DNA of 64,000 nucleotides, from contig JBNJEK010000001.1 in the NCBI GenBank assembly GCA_051745855.1, forward strand, positions 9,683-73,682. The letters run 5' to 3'. A program made the position numbers and the translations under genes. Of this stretch, positions 9,869 through 19,279 are shown piece after piece; within the stretch, counting starts at the first letter, position 1, and each line of letters starts with the position of its first letter. The notes below the pieces were generated by a model. That model had not been told where the DNA came from. It was given only the letters and a program-made list of their open reading frames with translations, and searched no databases. This DNA is from Armatimonadota bacterium. Its GTDB lineage: Bacteria > Armatimonadota > Zipacnadia > Zipacnadales > UBA5352.

Positions 9869-10915
9869 ATGATGGTCATGAGTTCAGTGTCAGAAGAGCT
9901 TTCACGACCACGGACAGTCGACGCCGACATGCCGGACGACATCGAGCCGATCTTCCCTACCGGCGATGAGCCCACGCTGAGCGAGTGGCTGGCGATGCGC
10001 CCGGCGCTGCTCGGGCGGTGGCGCTCGGCGGTCGGAGAGCCGTCTTTCGGCGAATTTGACCGCACGCCCGAGGTGGTCGATGAGTTCGCGACCGACTACT
10101 GCCGTGGCACGGTGCTTCTGCAGCCCACCGGTCCGGAGCAGCGACAGCAGGTTGTCCTGCTGGAGCCGACGGGCGCAGCGACTTCCCCGCGCCCCGCCGC
10201 CGTCGTCCCCTTCTACCACCCCGACCTGATGGCGGGCTTCGATCTTGAGAGGCGCGAGCCTATCGCGGAGCGCCCCAACGTGCAGTTCGGCCGGCACCTC
10301 GTCGAGCAGGGCTTCGTGGTGGCATGCACAGAAGCCTATCCCTTCAACACCGTCCCCGAGCCTGAAGATTCCGCCGGATTTGCGTGGTGGGAAGCGGCCA
10401 CGGAGAAGCTGCTGCGTGAGAACCCGCGCTGGACGGGGATCGGCAAGCTGACGTGGGACACATCGCGAGCCGCCGATCTGCTGCTGGCGCAGCCCGCGGT
10501 TGATGACACGCGGGTGCTGGCGATGGGGCACTCGCTCGGCGGGAAGATGGCGTTTTACGCGACCGCGTTCGACGAACGGATCACCGCGTGCATCGCGTCC
10601 GACTTCGGGATCGCGTGGGATTTCACCAACTGGGATGCTCCGTGGTACTTCGGTGAGCAGATTCACGGCGATGACTTCACGCTCAACGGCCATCACGCGC
10701 TGGCGCTGATCGCGCCACGGTCGTTCCTGTGCATCGCCGGCGAGGCGGATCGGCCCGCAAGCTGGCATTACATCCGGGACGCGCAGCGCGTCTACCGGCT
10801 TTACGATCGCGAGCATGGCGCCGGCTGCTTTTTGCACATGAGCGGCCACCAGCCCACCGAGGAGTCGATCCGTACCGCGTACGCGTGGCTGGGCGAGCAG
10901 TTCGCGCAGGAGTGA
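9869..10915 (+). CDS. Alpha/beta hydrolase (GHSLGG nucleophile elbow), putative esterase
   Basis: It carries a GHSLGG serine elbow and the alpha/beta-hydrolase topology. The start is uncertain (9869 or 9878) because the RBS is weak. Confidence 0.75.
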   Translation: MMVMSSVSEELSRPRTVDADMPDDIEPIFPTGDEPTLSEWLAMRPALLGRWRSAVGEPSFGEFDRTPEVVDEFATDYCRGTVLLQPTGPEQRQQVVLLEPTGAATSPRPAAVVPFYHPDLMAGFDLERREPIAERPNVQFGRHLVEQGFVVACTEAYPFNTVPEPEDSAGFAWWEAATEKLLRENPRWTGIGKLTWDTSRAADLLLAQPAVDDTRVLAMGHSLGGKMAFYATAFDERITACIASDFGIAWDFTNWDAPWYFGEQIHGDDFTLNGHHALALIAPRSFLCIAGEADRPASWHYIRDAQRVYRLYDREHGAGCFLHMSGHQPTEESIRTAYAWLGEQFAQE

Positions 10916-10929
10916 GCAATGCGCCTGCC

Positions 10930-11649
10930 TCACAGCCGGTCGACGTATTGCCCGGGATCGGCCATGAAGTCGCGGTAGAGCTGATAGTGGTCGGTCTCTT
11001 CATACTCGATGGGGGCGATCTGCCCACCATCAAAGCTGAAGATCGTGGCATTCGGGCAGGCCAGCAGGATGGGGGAGTGGGTGGCGATGATGAACTGCGA
11101 ATCCCCGCCGCGCGCGCACTCCACCAGCAACTCAAGCAGCTCAAGCTGCGTGCGCGGCGACAGCGCAGTCTCCGGCTCATCCAGCAGGTAAAGCCCCTTG
11201 ATCGGGTAGCGCGCGCGGAAGTACGACATCAGCGACTGGCCGTGCGACTGTGTCAGCAGCGATTCGCCCCCGAAGTACTTGAGCTGTCCCGGATCATCGT
11301 GCGCCCACTCGTCGAGGATCACCGCGAAGTCGTTGAACGTGTCGGAGCCGAAGTATGAGCCGGGGACGCGCCCGTGCGCCCACTTGATGCGGATGAAGTC
11401 GCCGAGGCGATCCTCCCACGGGTTGTTCACCACGCGCTGGCGGCTCTCCAGCCGCCACTGGTGGACACGGCAGCGCCGGGCGATGGCCGACAGCACCGTC
11501 GACTTGCCGGAGCCGTTCTCGCCCACGAAGAGTGTCACTGGCTCCTCAAAGCGAAGCGTAATGTGTTCGCTGAGGACCGTGAGATTGAAGGGATATGCGT
11601 CATCTGTCGGGTATCTCGCCGGATCAAGGTCAACGCCGTTCAGATGCAT
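10930..11649 (-). CDS. AAA_21-type minimal ABC-like ATPase (orphan)
   Basis: Walker A (GENGSGKST), Walker B (YLLDEPETALSP) and the H-loop (IATHSP) are all present. The protein is 239 aa and has no adjacent partner nuclease. Confidence 0.8.
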   Translation of the reverse strand: MHLNGVDLDPARYPTDDAYPFNLTVLSEHITLRFEEPVTLFVGENGSGKSTVLSAIARRCRVHQWRLESRQRVVNNPWEDRLGDFIRIKWAHGRVPGSYFGSDTFNDFAVILDEWAHDDPGQLKYFGGESLLTQSHGQSLMSYFRARYPIKGLYLLDEPETALSPRTQLELLELLVECARGGDSQFIIATHSPILLACPNATIFSFDGGQIAPIEYEETDHYQLYRDFMADPGQYVDRL

Positions 11650-11801
11650 TCAGGGGCCTGCCTCAGTGAGGACTGCTCGCGCTCGCGAGTATTTCGCCGG
11701 AACGGCGCGAGGACCTGCCCTGCCGGCGAACGCAGGGATTGCGCGGCGGACCGTGGAATGTGTTTCGTATGAAAGCCGATGAGCCGCGAGGGGTGAGTTC
11801 T

Positions 11802-12950
11802 ATGACCGAATCCCATCGGCATCGCGCGCGATGGCTGCTGCTTGTGACTCTCTGTGCGCTCACGTTTTCCGGCTACGCCCGCGCCGAGACATTCGAGGGC
11901 GGCAAACTCGAAATGTACATCAGCACCCACGCCGACCTGCAGGCCGGCAGATATGTCCTCGAAGAAGAGATCGTGGACTTCATCAGCGACGCGCACGCGA
12001 CCCTCGACATTGCGGTGCAGGAGATACGCCGGGAGGAGAATGGCCAGTGGCCGATCGCGGATGCGATCGTGGCGGCCGCGGGGCGCGGAGTGCGGGTGCG
12101 CGCCATCGTCGAGGGCGACTACTACGACGACGGTCACCCCGGCAACCTCGCGTTCTTCGAGCAGCTTGAGCGCGAGCCCGGGGTGGAGATCATCCGGGAT
12201 GGCAACCCCGCGATCTTCCACAACAAATTCGTGATCCGGGATGCGGGCGGAGAGAACGCCGCTCTGCTGACCGGCTCAACGAATTTCACGGACACCGGGA
12301 CGCGCGCGAATTACAATCACATCGTGGTCGTCAACTTCCCGCCGGTGAGCCGGCCGCCGTCATACTACGCGATGCTCGCGCGCTATCAGGAGGAGTTCGA
12401 CGAGGCGTGGAGCGGCGTCTTCGGCAATCAGGCTCCCTCGGAGGAGCCGCTGCGCTGCTGGATCGGACGCACCTACGCGCGGGTGTACTTCGCGCCGGAC
12501 AACGATCCGGACGATCACCTGCTTGACCTGCTCCTCGGGGCGCGACAGTCGCTGGACGTGATGGTCTTCACCTTCGGCTCAAGCTCCCCGCTGATGGCGG
12601 GCGTCATCAACCGCTGGTTCACCTGGGAGCATCAGCGCGCGGGGGGCGCGACGGCTGACCGGCGACTCCGTGTGGCGACGGAGAGTCAGCAGGCGCAGTA
12701 CTGGTCCGCATATCCGCCGCTGCTGGCGATGGGAGTGCCGGTGCGGCTGGAGCGCAATCCGAACGCGAAGCTTCACCATAAGGTCGCGATCATCGACGAG
12801 GCCCGCGTGATCCTCGGGTCGTACAACTGGACACTCGCGGCGAATGATCGCAATGACGAGAACGTGCTTGTGCTGTCCAACCGCGAGGTTGCCGGTCTCT
12901 TCACCGCGGCCTTCGACGAACTGTGGGACGAGGTGCTCGTCGCCCCGTGA
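11802..12950 (+). CDS. Secreted phospholipase-D-family protein (two HKD motifs)
   Basis: It has a signal peptide (RARWLLLVTLCALTFSGYARA). Two HxK(x)4D motifs are present: FHNKFVIRD and LHHKVAIID. GAGGGGTGA lies upstream of the ATG at 11802. Confidence 0.85.
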   Translation: MTESHRHRARWLLLVTLCALTFSGYARAETFEGGKLEMYISTHADLQAGRYVLEEEIVDFISDAHATLDIAVQEIRREENGQWPIADAIVAAAGRGVRVRAIVEGDYYDDGHPGNLAFFEQLEREPGVEIIRDGNPAIFHNKFVIRDAGGENAALLTGSTNFTDTGTRANYNHIVVVNFPPVSRPPSYYAMLARYQEEFDEAWSGVFGNQAPSEEPLRCWIGRTYARVYFAPDNDPDDHLLDLLLGARQSLDVMVFTFGSSSPLMAGVINRWFTWEHQRAGGATADRRLRVATESQQAQYWSAYPPLLAMGVPVRLERNPNAKLHHKVAIIDEARVILGSYNWTLAANDRNDENVLVLSNREVAGLFTAAFDELWDEVLVAP

Positions 12951-12963
12951 GGCGGAGGGAGCC

Positions 12964-14199
12964 TCACTCCGGATCGAGGATCGTTCCGAACTCGCGCAGG
13001 CGCGCCTGGAGCGGCTCCACCGGCAGGTCACGAGCATCGCCGCCCGCGAGCGTCTGCGCGGCGCCGATGCCGGCCGCCTCGCCAAGCGCGAAACCCGGGG
13101 CCATCCGCCGCACCGACGAGTGTGCGACCGCATCGGCGGAGAGGCAGCGGCCCGTGAGTACCAGGTTGGCATACTTCTCCGTCACGAGCGAGCGCCACGG
13201 AACACCGTAGCTGCGCTTGAGACCGTGGTAGATGCCCCGGCCCTCGTTGTCACTCCCGTGGATGTCCACCGGGCATGATGCGCGGGCGATGGTGTCCTCG
13301 AAGTCCCTCCCGCTCTCCACGTCATCGCCACTGAGGGTGTGCAGGCCGCGGATGTGTCGGCTCTCACGCACCCCGAGCGCGGGAGCGGTCTGCGCGATGT
13401 ACGCGTCCTCGAAGCCCTCGACGTTCGCCCGGAGAGTGTTCATGACGCGCCACGCCTGGTCGCGGCACTCGATGGTCGCGGCCGTGAGGTCCTCCACGTC
13501 GAGCGGGTCGTGGTCCTCGACCTCCGTGACGTTCATGTACGCCGAACCGGGCTGCGGCGCCCAGAACATCGCCAGGCCGCGGTAGTTCACCGGGCCCGCC
13601 TCGCGGTAGATCTCGGCGATCTCCGTGCGGTCGGGGCACCGGTCGCGGTCGATGCCCGAGACGAGGAACATCAGCGTGATGCCCTGTGAGCCGACCTCGG
13701 CGGGCACTCCCGCGAAGGCCGCGATGTCGCCGTCGCCGGTCCCGTCCACGACCACGTTACCCCGCAGCGACGTCTCGCCGGACTTTGAGATGACACGGAG
13801 ACCCGTGATGCGGGCGCCGCAGGTCTCCACGCCGGTGACCCACGCGTGATAGAGAAGATCGATCCCGTGGTCGAGCGCGGTCCGCTCCAGCATGTGTTTG
13901 AGGTGCTCCGTTTCACATGACGGGCCGTAGTGCGACATCTCGGTGGCGCTGCCGGGGCGCTGCTGGATCATCTGCTCCAGCAGTCGCCTGCCGGTCCCGC
14001 CGATCACATACTGCCCGCCGATGCCCCAGGTGGTGATGGGCTGAACGAGCCCCAGCGTGGCCATCCCGCCGAGGGCGGCGTAGCGCTCAACGAGCAGGAC
14101 GCTTGCTCCCTCGCGCGCCGCGGCGATCGCCGCCATGCAGCCGGATATGCCGCCGCCCGCCACGATGACGTCCCACGTTTCCTCTCGCAATTGTGTCAT
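12964..14199 (-). CDS. FAD-dependent oxidoreductase
   Basis: It begins MTQLREETWDVIVAGGGISG, an FAD Rossmann fold. GGAGGC lies 6 nt upstream. The 51-codon extension in the ORF track lacks an RBS. Confidence 0.85.
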   Translation of the reverse strand: MTQLREETWDVIVAGGGISGCMAAIAAAREGASVLLVERYAALGGMATLGLVQPITTWGIGGQYVIGGTGRRLLEQMIQQRPGSATEMSHYGPSCETEHLKHMLERTALDHGIDLLYHAWVTGVETCGARITGLRVISKSGETSLRGNVVVDGTGDGDIAAFAGVPAEVGSQGITLMFLVSGIDRDRCPDRTEIAEIYREAGPVNYRGLAMFWAPQPGSAYMNVTEVEDHDPLDVEDLTAATIECRDQAWRVMNTLRANVEGFEDAYIAQTAPALGVRESRHIRGLHTLSGDDVESGRDFEDTIARASCPVDIHGSDNEGRGIYHGLKRSYGVPWRSLVTEKYANLVLTGRCLSADAVAHSSVRRMAPGFALGEAAGIGAAQTLAGGDARDLPVEPLQARLREFGTILDPE

Positions 14200-14416
14200 C
14201 TTCACGCCTCCTGGCGCGTCTTCTCGGGGCGTAGCAAGTTCGCCGAATTGGATCGGGGCACCTCCCGCGTGGAGGTGCTTCCGCGGCGGGGGGGAACCAC
14301 AGTTCGGTCGGCACGCCAATACGCGACGATGAGCTTTGCGCGCATGTAACATCGGCGTGCCGGCAGGACAATCACCGACGAGAAGCGCCGGACATCACCC
14401 ACAGCAGGAGGTCCTC

Positions 14417-15385
14417 ATGAGCTTTCCGAGTTCCCGCAACATTCTGATTGCCGCCACGCTGGCAGGAGTCATTGTTGCAGGCGTTGCCGTCACAGCGAGC
14501 GCGCAGACGCTGCCGATCACGTACAGGAACAGCCTTTACACCATCACCTACGACCAGTCGCAGAAGCTGCTGGAGTGCTCGTCGAATAACGTCAACGCCG
14601 TCTGGCGAACAGAAATCTCTCGTGAGGTGCCGTCCTTTTCGAACATCGGCGCGGTCGCGACGCCGGCCGGTCCTGTCATTGTGTACTGCGAGGATGACTA
14701 TCAGACGAAGTTCGCCATCCCGCACTTCAGGACCGGAAGCCTGCAGGTGGAGAACAGCGGGGAGCCGCTGACCGGTGTGATCGGCCGGGGCTGGTTGCTC
14801 AACGCGCTCTTCCAGGTCGAGGACTACGGCGCAAAGGCCGTCGTGCAATTGCTCGAGCCGCAGAGCGGGTTCAGGATGCGCGAGTACAAGCTGGACATCA
14901 ACATGTGGGGGACGCATCAGGTTCTTGAGACGAGCGACCTGCAGGACTGGACAACCGGGACCGCGCCCGAGTCAGACCGGGTCGTCAATCCCGCTCTCAA
15001 GTTCCAGCTTGATGTCCCCAAGGGCTTCAGGGGCACGCAGGTGGACGAGGTCTCCTACGCGATGTACGGGCCGACGGACAATGTGTTCATGTCGATCTTC
15101 TCGGATGCGGGCGGTTCACCGATTGAGGAGCTTGGTGAGGCGTACATGGCGGAGCTTGGTGTCGAGGTGGTTCACCGTTCGATGGAGACGCTCGACAACG
15201 GAGAGCCGGCCTACCTTCTGATGGGCAACGGGACGATCGAAGCGGTCCCGTCACTGCATGTCGGACTGGTCTACAGCAACGGCACGCACACGTGGGTTAT
15301 CTCGTACACTGGTCGCGCGGACGCCGCCGACGCGTACCTCGAGGCGTTCATGACGATGCTGAATTCGTTCCAGCCGCTGCCGTGA
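14417..15385 (+). CDS. Secreted hypothetical protein
   Basis: AGGAGGT lies 4 nt before the ATG. It has a signal peptide (ILIAATLAGVIVAGVAVTASAQ). I recognised no family. Confidence 0.7.
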   Translation: MSFPSSRNILIAATLAGVIVAGVAVTASAQTLPITYRNSLYTITYDQSQKLLECSSNNVNAVWRTEISREVPSFSNIGAVATPAGPVIVYCEDDYQTKFAIPHFRTGSLQVENSGEPLTGVIGRGWLLNALFQVEDYGAKAVVQLLEPQSGFRMREYKLDINMWGTHQVLETSDLQDWTTGTAPESDRVVNPALKFQLDVPKGFRGTQVDEVSYAMYGPTDNVFMSIFSDAGGSPIEELGEAYMAELGVEVVHRSMETLDNGEPAYLLMGNGTIEAVPSLHVGLVYSNGTHTWVISYTGRADAADAYLEAFMTMLNSFQPLP

Positions 15386-15469
15386 CATGGCGACGGCGAG
15401 GCCGCGAGCGTGTCGACATAGTGCGGGCTCCGTGAAAGTGCTCCGCGGGGCCCGCCTGTCCATGTGCGA

Positions 15470-18028
15470 TCAGGCGGCCCACCTGACATGTGCGGCGTCG
15501 GCGGGATCGACAAGTTCGCCGTGATTCGGCAGCACGCGCGCAGTGTATCCCCACCGTCCGGCGCCGTCGCAGACTATCTCGCCGATGAACCGCTCCCCGC
15601 CGGGGGCAGGGCCGGTGTGCCGCATCCTGATCTCGCGGGGCTCGAGGAATTCCCCCGAACTGTCCACGTTGCCGAACTGCAGTTGAACCATCACGTCGTC
15701 AGGCGAGAGTTCGCCGAGTGCCACGTCGGCGGTGACCGTGATCGTATCAGCATACCACGTGGCCTCGTCGATGTCGTCGGTGATGCGCAGGCACGCGACA
15801 TGAGGCCAGTTGCTCTCAACGCGACGCCGCCATGCCGCGAGATCGCGCGCAGTTCGGAAGCCCTCAGCGGCGAGGGCCTCACTGTGACTGATCGCGGGCA
15901 GGTAGAAGCGCTCGACGTACTCGCCGACCATGCGGTTGGAGTTGAATCGCGGGCAGATCGCCTGCATCGCGCTCTTCATCTTCGCGACCCACCCATGCGG
16001 CGTACCGTCCGCTCCGCGGTCATAGAAGAGGGGGATGATCTCCTGCTCAAGCAGCGTGTAAAGCGCCTCTGACTCCACCTGATCCTGGTGCTCGGGATCG
16101 GCATACTCCTCCCCGCGGCCGATCGCCCAGCCCGTCTCCGGCGAGTAGGCCTCATCCCACCAGCCGTCGAGGATCGAGCAGTTCAGTCCGCCGTTGGCGG
16201 TGACTTTCATCCCGCTGGTCCCGCTGGCTTCCATCGGCCTGCGCGGGGTATTGAGCCACACATCGACGCCCTGCACGATGTACCGCGCCAGTTGGAGGTC
16301 GTAGTCCTCGAGGAAGACGACACGCTGTCTCACCTCCGGGTCATTTGTGAAGTGCACCACGTCGCGGATAAGCTCCTTGCCCGGCCGGTCGTCGGGGTGC
16401 GCCTTGCCGGCGAATATGAGCTGGATGGGGCGGTCGCGGTCGGTGAGCATCGCCCGGAGGCGCTCGCCGTCGCGCAGGATCAAAGTGGCGCGCTTGTACG
16501 TGGCGAAGCGCCGGCCGAAACCAATCGTGAGCGCCTCGGGGTCGAGCGCCTCATGCGCCCGGCTCAGCGCCGCCTGGCCTGCGCCTCGGTGCTGCAGTTG
16601 GGAGTGAAGCTGCCGGCGCGCGACCGCGACCAGCCGCTCTCTGCGGCGCTCGTGGGCGCGCCACAGCTCCGTCTCGGGAATATCCGCGACGCGGGCCCAG
16701 ACGCTCTGATCGCCCGGCTCAGTGCGCCAGCCGGAGCCGAGGTAGCGGTCGAAGAGTGTCGCCATGTCGTCGGAGATGAAGGAGCCCGTGTGAATGCCGT
16801 TGGTGATCGAGTCGATCGGCGTCTCGTCGCAAGGCAGGTCGGGCCACTCATGCGACCAGGTGCTCCGCGAGACCCTGCCGTGCAGCTGGCTGACGCCGTT
16901 GCGCCACGCCGAGAAGCGCAGGGCGAGGACCGTCATCGAGAAGTGTTCGGAGCCGCCGGAGCGCCCGGCGCCGAGCGCCATGAACTCATCCGCGGTGAGG
17001 CCGAGCTTCGGATGATACTGCTCGAAGTAGCGCTCGATGAGGGAGCGCGGGAAGCGGTCATGGCCGGCGAGGACTGGAGTGTGCGTGGTGAAGATGTTGC
17101 CGACGCGAGTGGCCTCGACGGCGTCCTCGAAGGTCAGATCGTGATCCACCATCATCAGCCTCACGCGCTCCAGTGCAAGGAACGCCGCGTGGCCTTCGTT
17201 GAGATGGAATGTCCGCGGTGGCGTTTGAAGGCAGTGTTCGAGTGCCTGCACGCCGCCGATCCCGAGCAGCATCTCCTGGCGGATGCGCATGTCGAGATCG
17301 CCGCCGTAGAGTTGGTACGTTATCTGGCGGTCGGCGGGAGAGTTCGCCTCAGTATTGGTGTCGAGGAGATAAAGTGGGACGCGTCCGACCCTCACCCGCC
17401 AGACATTTGCGTGGACAATCCGGTCGCCGATCGGGACGCGGACGCACAGCGGGCACCTGTCATCCGCGCACTTGACCTGCTCGACCGGCATGGTGTGAAA
17501 GTCGCTTTCGGAGTATTCCTCCTGCTGCCAGCCGTCGGGGTTGAGGTACTGGCTGAAGTAGCCGACCTGGTAGAGCAGGCCAACCCCGACAAGCGGCACG
17601 CCCATGTCGCTGGCGCTCTTGAGATGGTCGCCGGCCAGCACACCGAGGCCGCCGGCGTAGATCGGGAGCGATTCGCTGATACCGTATTCGAGGCTGAAGT
17701 AGGCGATGGTGTCCTCCAGCCGATCCGGATGGTTGCGGGTGAACCATGTCTCACCGCTCAGGTAGCGCTCGAAGTCGGCTGCGACGCGGTCGAGGTGCCC
17801 GCGGAAAGATGCATCGGCGAGCAGTTTCTGCCACCGCTCCTGTCTGATCATACCGAGCATCTTGACAGGGTTGTGACCGGTCTCCTCCCACAGGTCGCGG
17901 TCGATTCGGCGCAGGAGTTCGCGCGCGTCCGGGGTGTAACTCCACCACAGGTTCATTGCAAGGTCTGTCAGCGGTCGCAGGCTCTCGGGCAATCGCGGTC
18001 GGACGGTGTAACTTCGGTAGGCTTTCAC
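15470..18028 (-). CDS. glgP: Alpha-glucan (glycogen/maltodextrin) phosphorylase, GlgP/DUF3417-type
   Basis: The characteristic N-terminus is present (YTVRPRLPESL...LAMNLWWSW-like), with the PLP-enzyme core (FAGKAHPDD, TSGMKV). I placed the GTG start at 18028 because GGAGGTG lies 6 nt upstream. Confidence 0.9.
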   Translation of the reverse strand: MKAYRSYTVRPRLPESLRPLTDLAMNLWWSYTPDARELLRRIDRDLWEETGHNPVKMLGMIRQERWQKLLADASFRGHLDRVAADFERYLSGETWFTRNHPDRLEDTIAYFSLEYGISESLPIYAGGLGVLAGDHLKSASDMGVPLVGVGLLYQVGYFSQYLNPDGWQQEEYSESDFHTMPVEQVKCADDRCPLCVRVPIGDRIVHANVWRVRVGRVPLYLLDTNTEANSPADRQITYQLYGGDLDMRIRQEMLLGIGGVQALEHCLQTPPRTFHLNEGHAAFLALERVRLMMVDHDLTFEDAVEATRVGNIFTTHTPVLAGHDRFPRSLIERYFEQYHPKLGLTADEFMALGAGRSGGSEHFSMTVLALRFSAWRNGVSQLHGRVSRSTWSHEWPDLPCDETPIDSITNGIHTGSFISDDMATLFDRYLGSGWRTEPGDQSVWARVADIPETELWRAHERRRERLVAVARRQLHSQLQHRGAGQAALSRAHEALDPEALTIGFGRRFATYKRATLILRDGERLRAMLTDRDRPIQLIFAGKAHPDDRPGKELIRDVVHFTNDPEVRQRVVFLEDYDLQLARYIVQGVDVWLNTPRRPMEASGTSGMKVTANGGLNCSILDGWWDEAYSPETGWAIGRGEEYADPEHQDQVESEALYTLLEQEIIPLFYDRGADGTPHGWVAKMKSAMQAICPRFNSNRMVGEYVERFYLPAISHSEALAAEGFRTARDLAAWRRRVESNWPHVACLRITDDIDEATWYADTITVTADVALGELSPDDVMVQLQFGNVDSSGEFLEPREIRMRHTGPAPGGERFIGEIVCDGAGRWGYTARVLPNHGELVDPADAAHVRWAA

Positions 18029-18181
18029 TGCGCGCACCTCCGGACGTTCATTCGCTCCCGCAACACCCCTGCAAGCGGCGTACCACGCGCGATTGACTGC
18101 CTGACGAGCGGAGGCGATCAGCAATGCCGGGGCGAAGAACAATCATGCGATGAGTGCGTCGTTGGTCCAAGGAGTGTGCGG

Positions 18182-19279
18182 ATGATGTGCGACGGGCTGA
18201 GAATTGGGCTGGAGATACTCGATTCCCTTGGAGACGCCATCGACGCCGGGATCACCCCCGGCGCGGTCTGCCTCGTCGGGCGCGGCGAGAGGACGCTCTG
18301 CCACGAGGCAGTCGGCCATCGCTGCCTCGAGCCTCAGCGCCTGCCGATGGAGCGCGACACCGTCTTCGATCTCGCTTCGCTGACGAAGCCGTTCGCCACC
18401 GCCACCGTGATTCTGCAACTCGCCGAGCGTGGCGCGCTGTCGCTGGACGATCGGGTTTCGCGCTGGCTGCCAGCGTTTGATCGCGGCGACCGCGCGGGCG
18501 TGACGCTCGCAGATCTGCTGGCGCACTGCTCGGGCCTGCCGGCGTACTGGCGACCGGGCGAGCGCGAGCGGAAGCTGCGGTTGAGCGAGCGCCGTGAGCA
18601 CATGATCGATGCGATCTGCAGCCTGCCGCTCGAATATGCGCCGGGCGAGGGATCAGTGTACTCCTGCCTCGGCTTCATTCTGCTCGCCTCGGTTGCTGAA
18701 GCAGCAGGCGGGTGCCCGCTTGCCGATCTTGCTCGCGAGGGCATCTTTGAGCCGCTGGGCATGGGGGACACGTGCTTTTGTCCGACGCCCGAACTCTGCG
18801 AACGTTGCGCCGGGACCGAGCGACTACCTGAGGGGACGCTGGTCGGCGTAGTGCATGACGAGAACGCGCGCTACCTCGGGGGCGTCGGAGGGAATGCGGG
18901 GCTCTTCAGCACCGCCGCGGATCTGGCGCGCTTCGTTCGGGCGATCCTCGGTGGGGGCGAGCTTGATGGTGTGCGAATCCTGAGCGAGGAGAGTGTTGGC
19001 GCGATGCTCGCGCCCCGCCCGCAACCTGGCGACGTGCCGCGCACGCTGGGGTGGAGGGGAGCGAATCTGGACGATGTTCACCTGCATGGCGCGCCGACAC
19101 GAGACAGCGTCGGTCACACCGGCTTCACCGGGACGTGTCTGTGGATTGACGAGGCGAGTGAGACCTTCATGATCCTGCTGACGAACCGGGTGCACATGGG
19201 GCGCGACGCCGAGATCGACAGGCTGCGTCGGCGCGTGGGAGAGATCGTGGGAGAGTTCATCGAGGAGAGTGCCGGATGA
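18182..19279 (+). CDS. Serine hydrolase, beta-lactamase/transpeptidase-like family
   Basis: The S-x-x-K active-site motif (FDLASLTKPF) and class-C-like beta-lactamase-family features are present. AAGGAG lies 7 nt upstream. The rest of the long +-strand ORF (16088..) is the shadow of glgP. Confidence 0.85.
   Translation: MMCDGLRIGLEILDSLGDAIDAGITPGAVCLVGRGERTLCHEAVGHRCLEPQRLPMERDTVFDLASLTKPFATATVILQLAERGALSLDDRVSRWLPAFDRGDRAGVTLADLLAHCSGLPAYWRPGERERKLRLSERREHMIDAICSLPLEYAPGEGSVYSCLGFILLASVAEAAGGCPLADLAREGIFEPLGMGDTCFCPTPELCERCAGTERLPEGTLVGVVHDENARYLGGVGGNAGLFSTAADLARFVRAILGGGELDGVRILSEESVGAMLAPRPQPGDVPRTLGWRGANLDDVHLHGAPTRDSVGHTGFTGTCLWIDEASETFMILLTNRVHMGRDAEIDRLRRRVGEIVGEFIEESAG

Noticed and set aside
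10930-12950. A bona fide two-gene phage-defence system (ATPase + PLD nuclease)
   Set aside because: The genes are divergent rather than co-oriented, and the PLD carries a clear signal peptide. I kept it only as a low-priority finding.
16088-18181. A very long +-strand ORF (16088..19279, 1063 aa) suggesting a giant gene
   Set aside because: Its first roughly 700 codons lie antisense to the well-supported glgP gene and have no RBS or recognisable domains. They are a high-GC shadow frame. Only the 3' part from the ATG at 18182 (the beta-lactamase-family serine hydrolase) is real.
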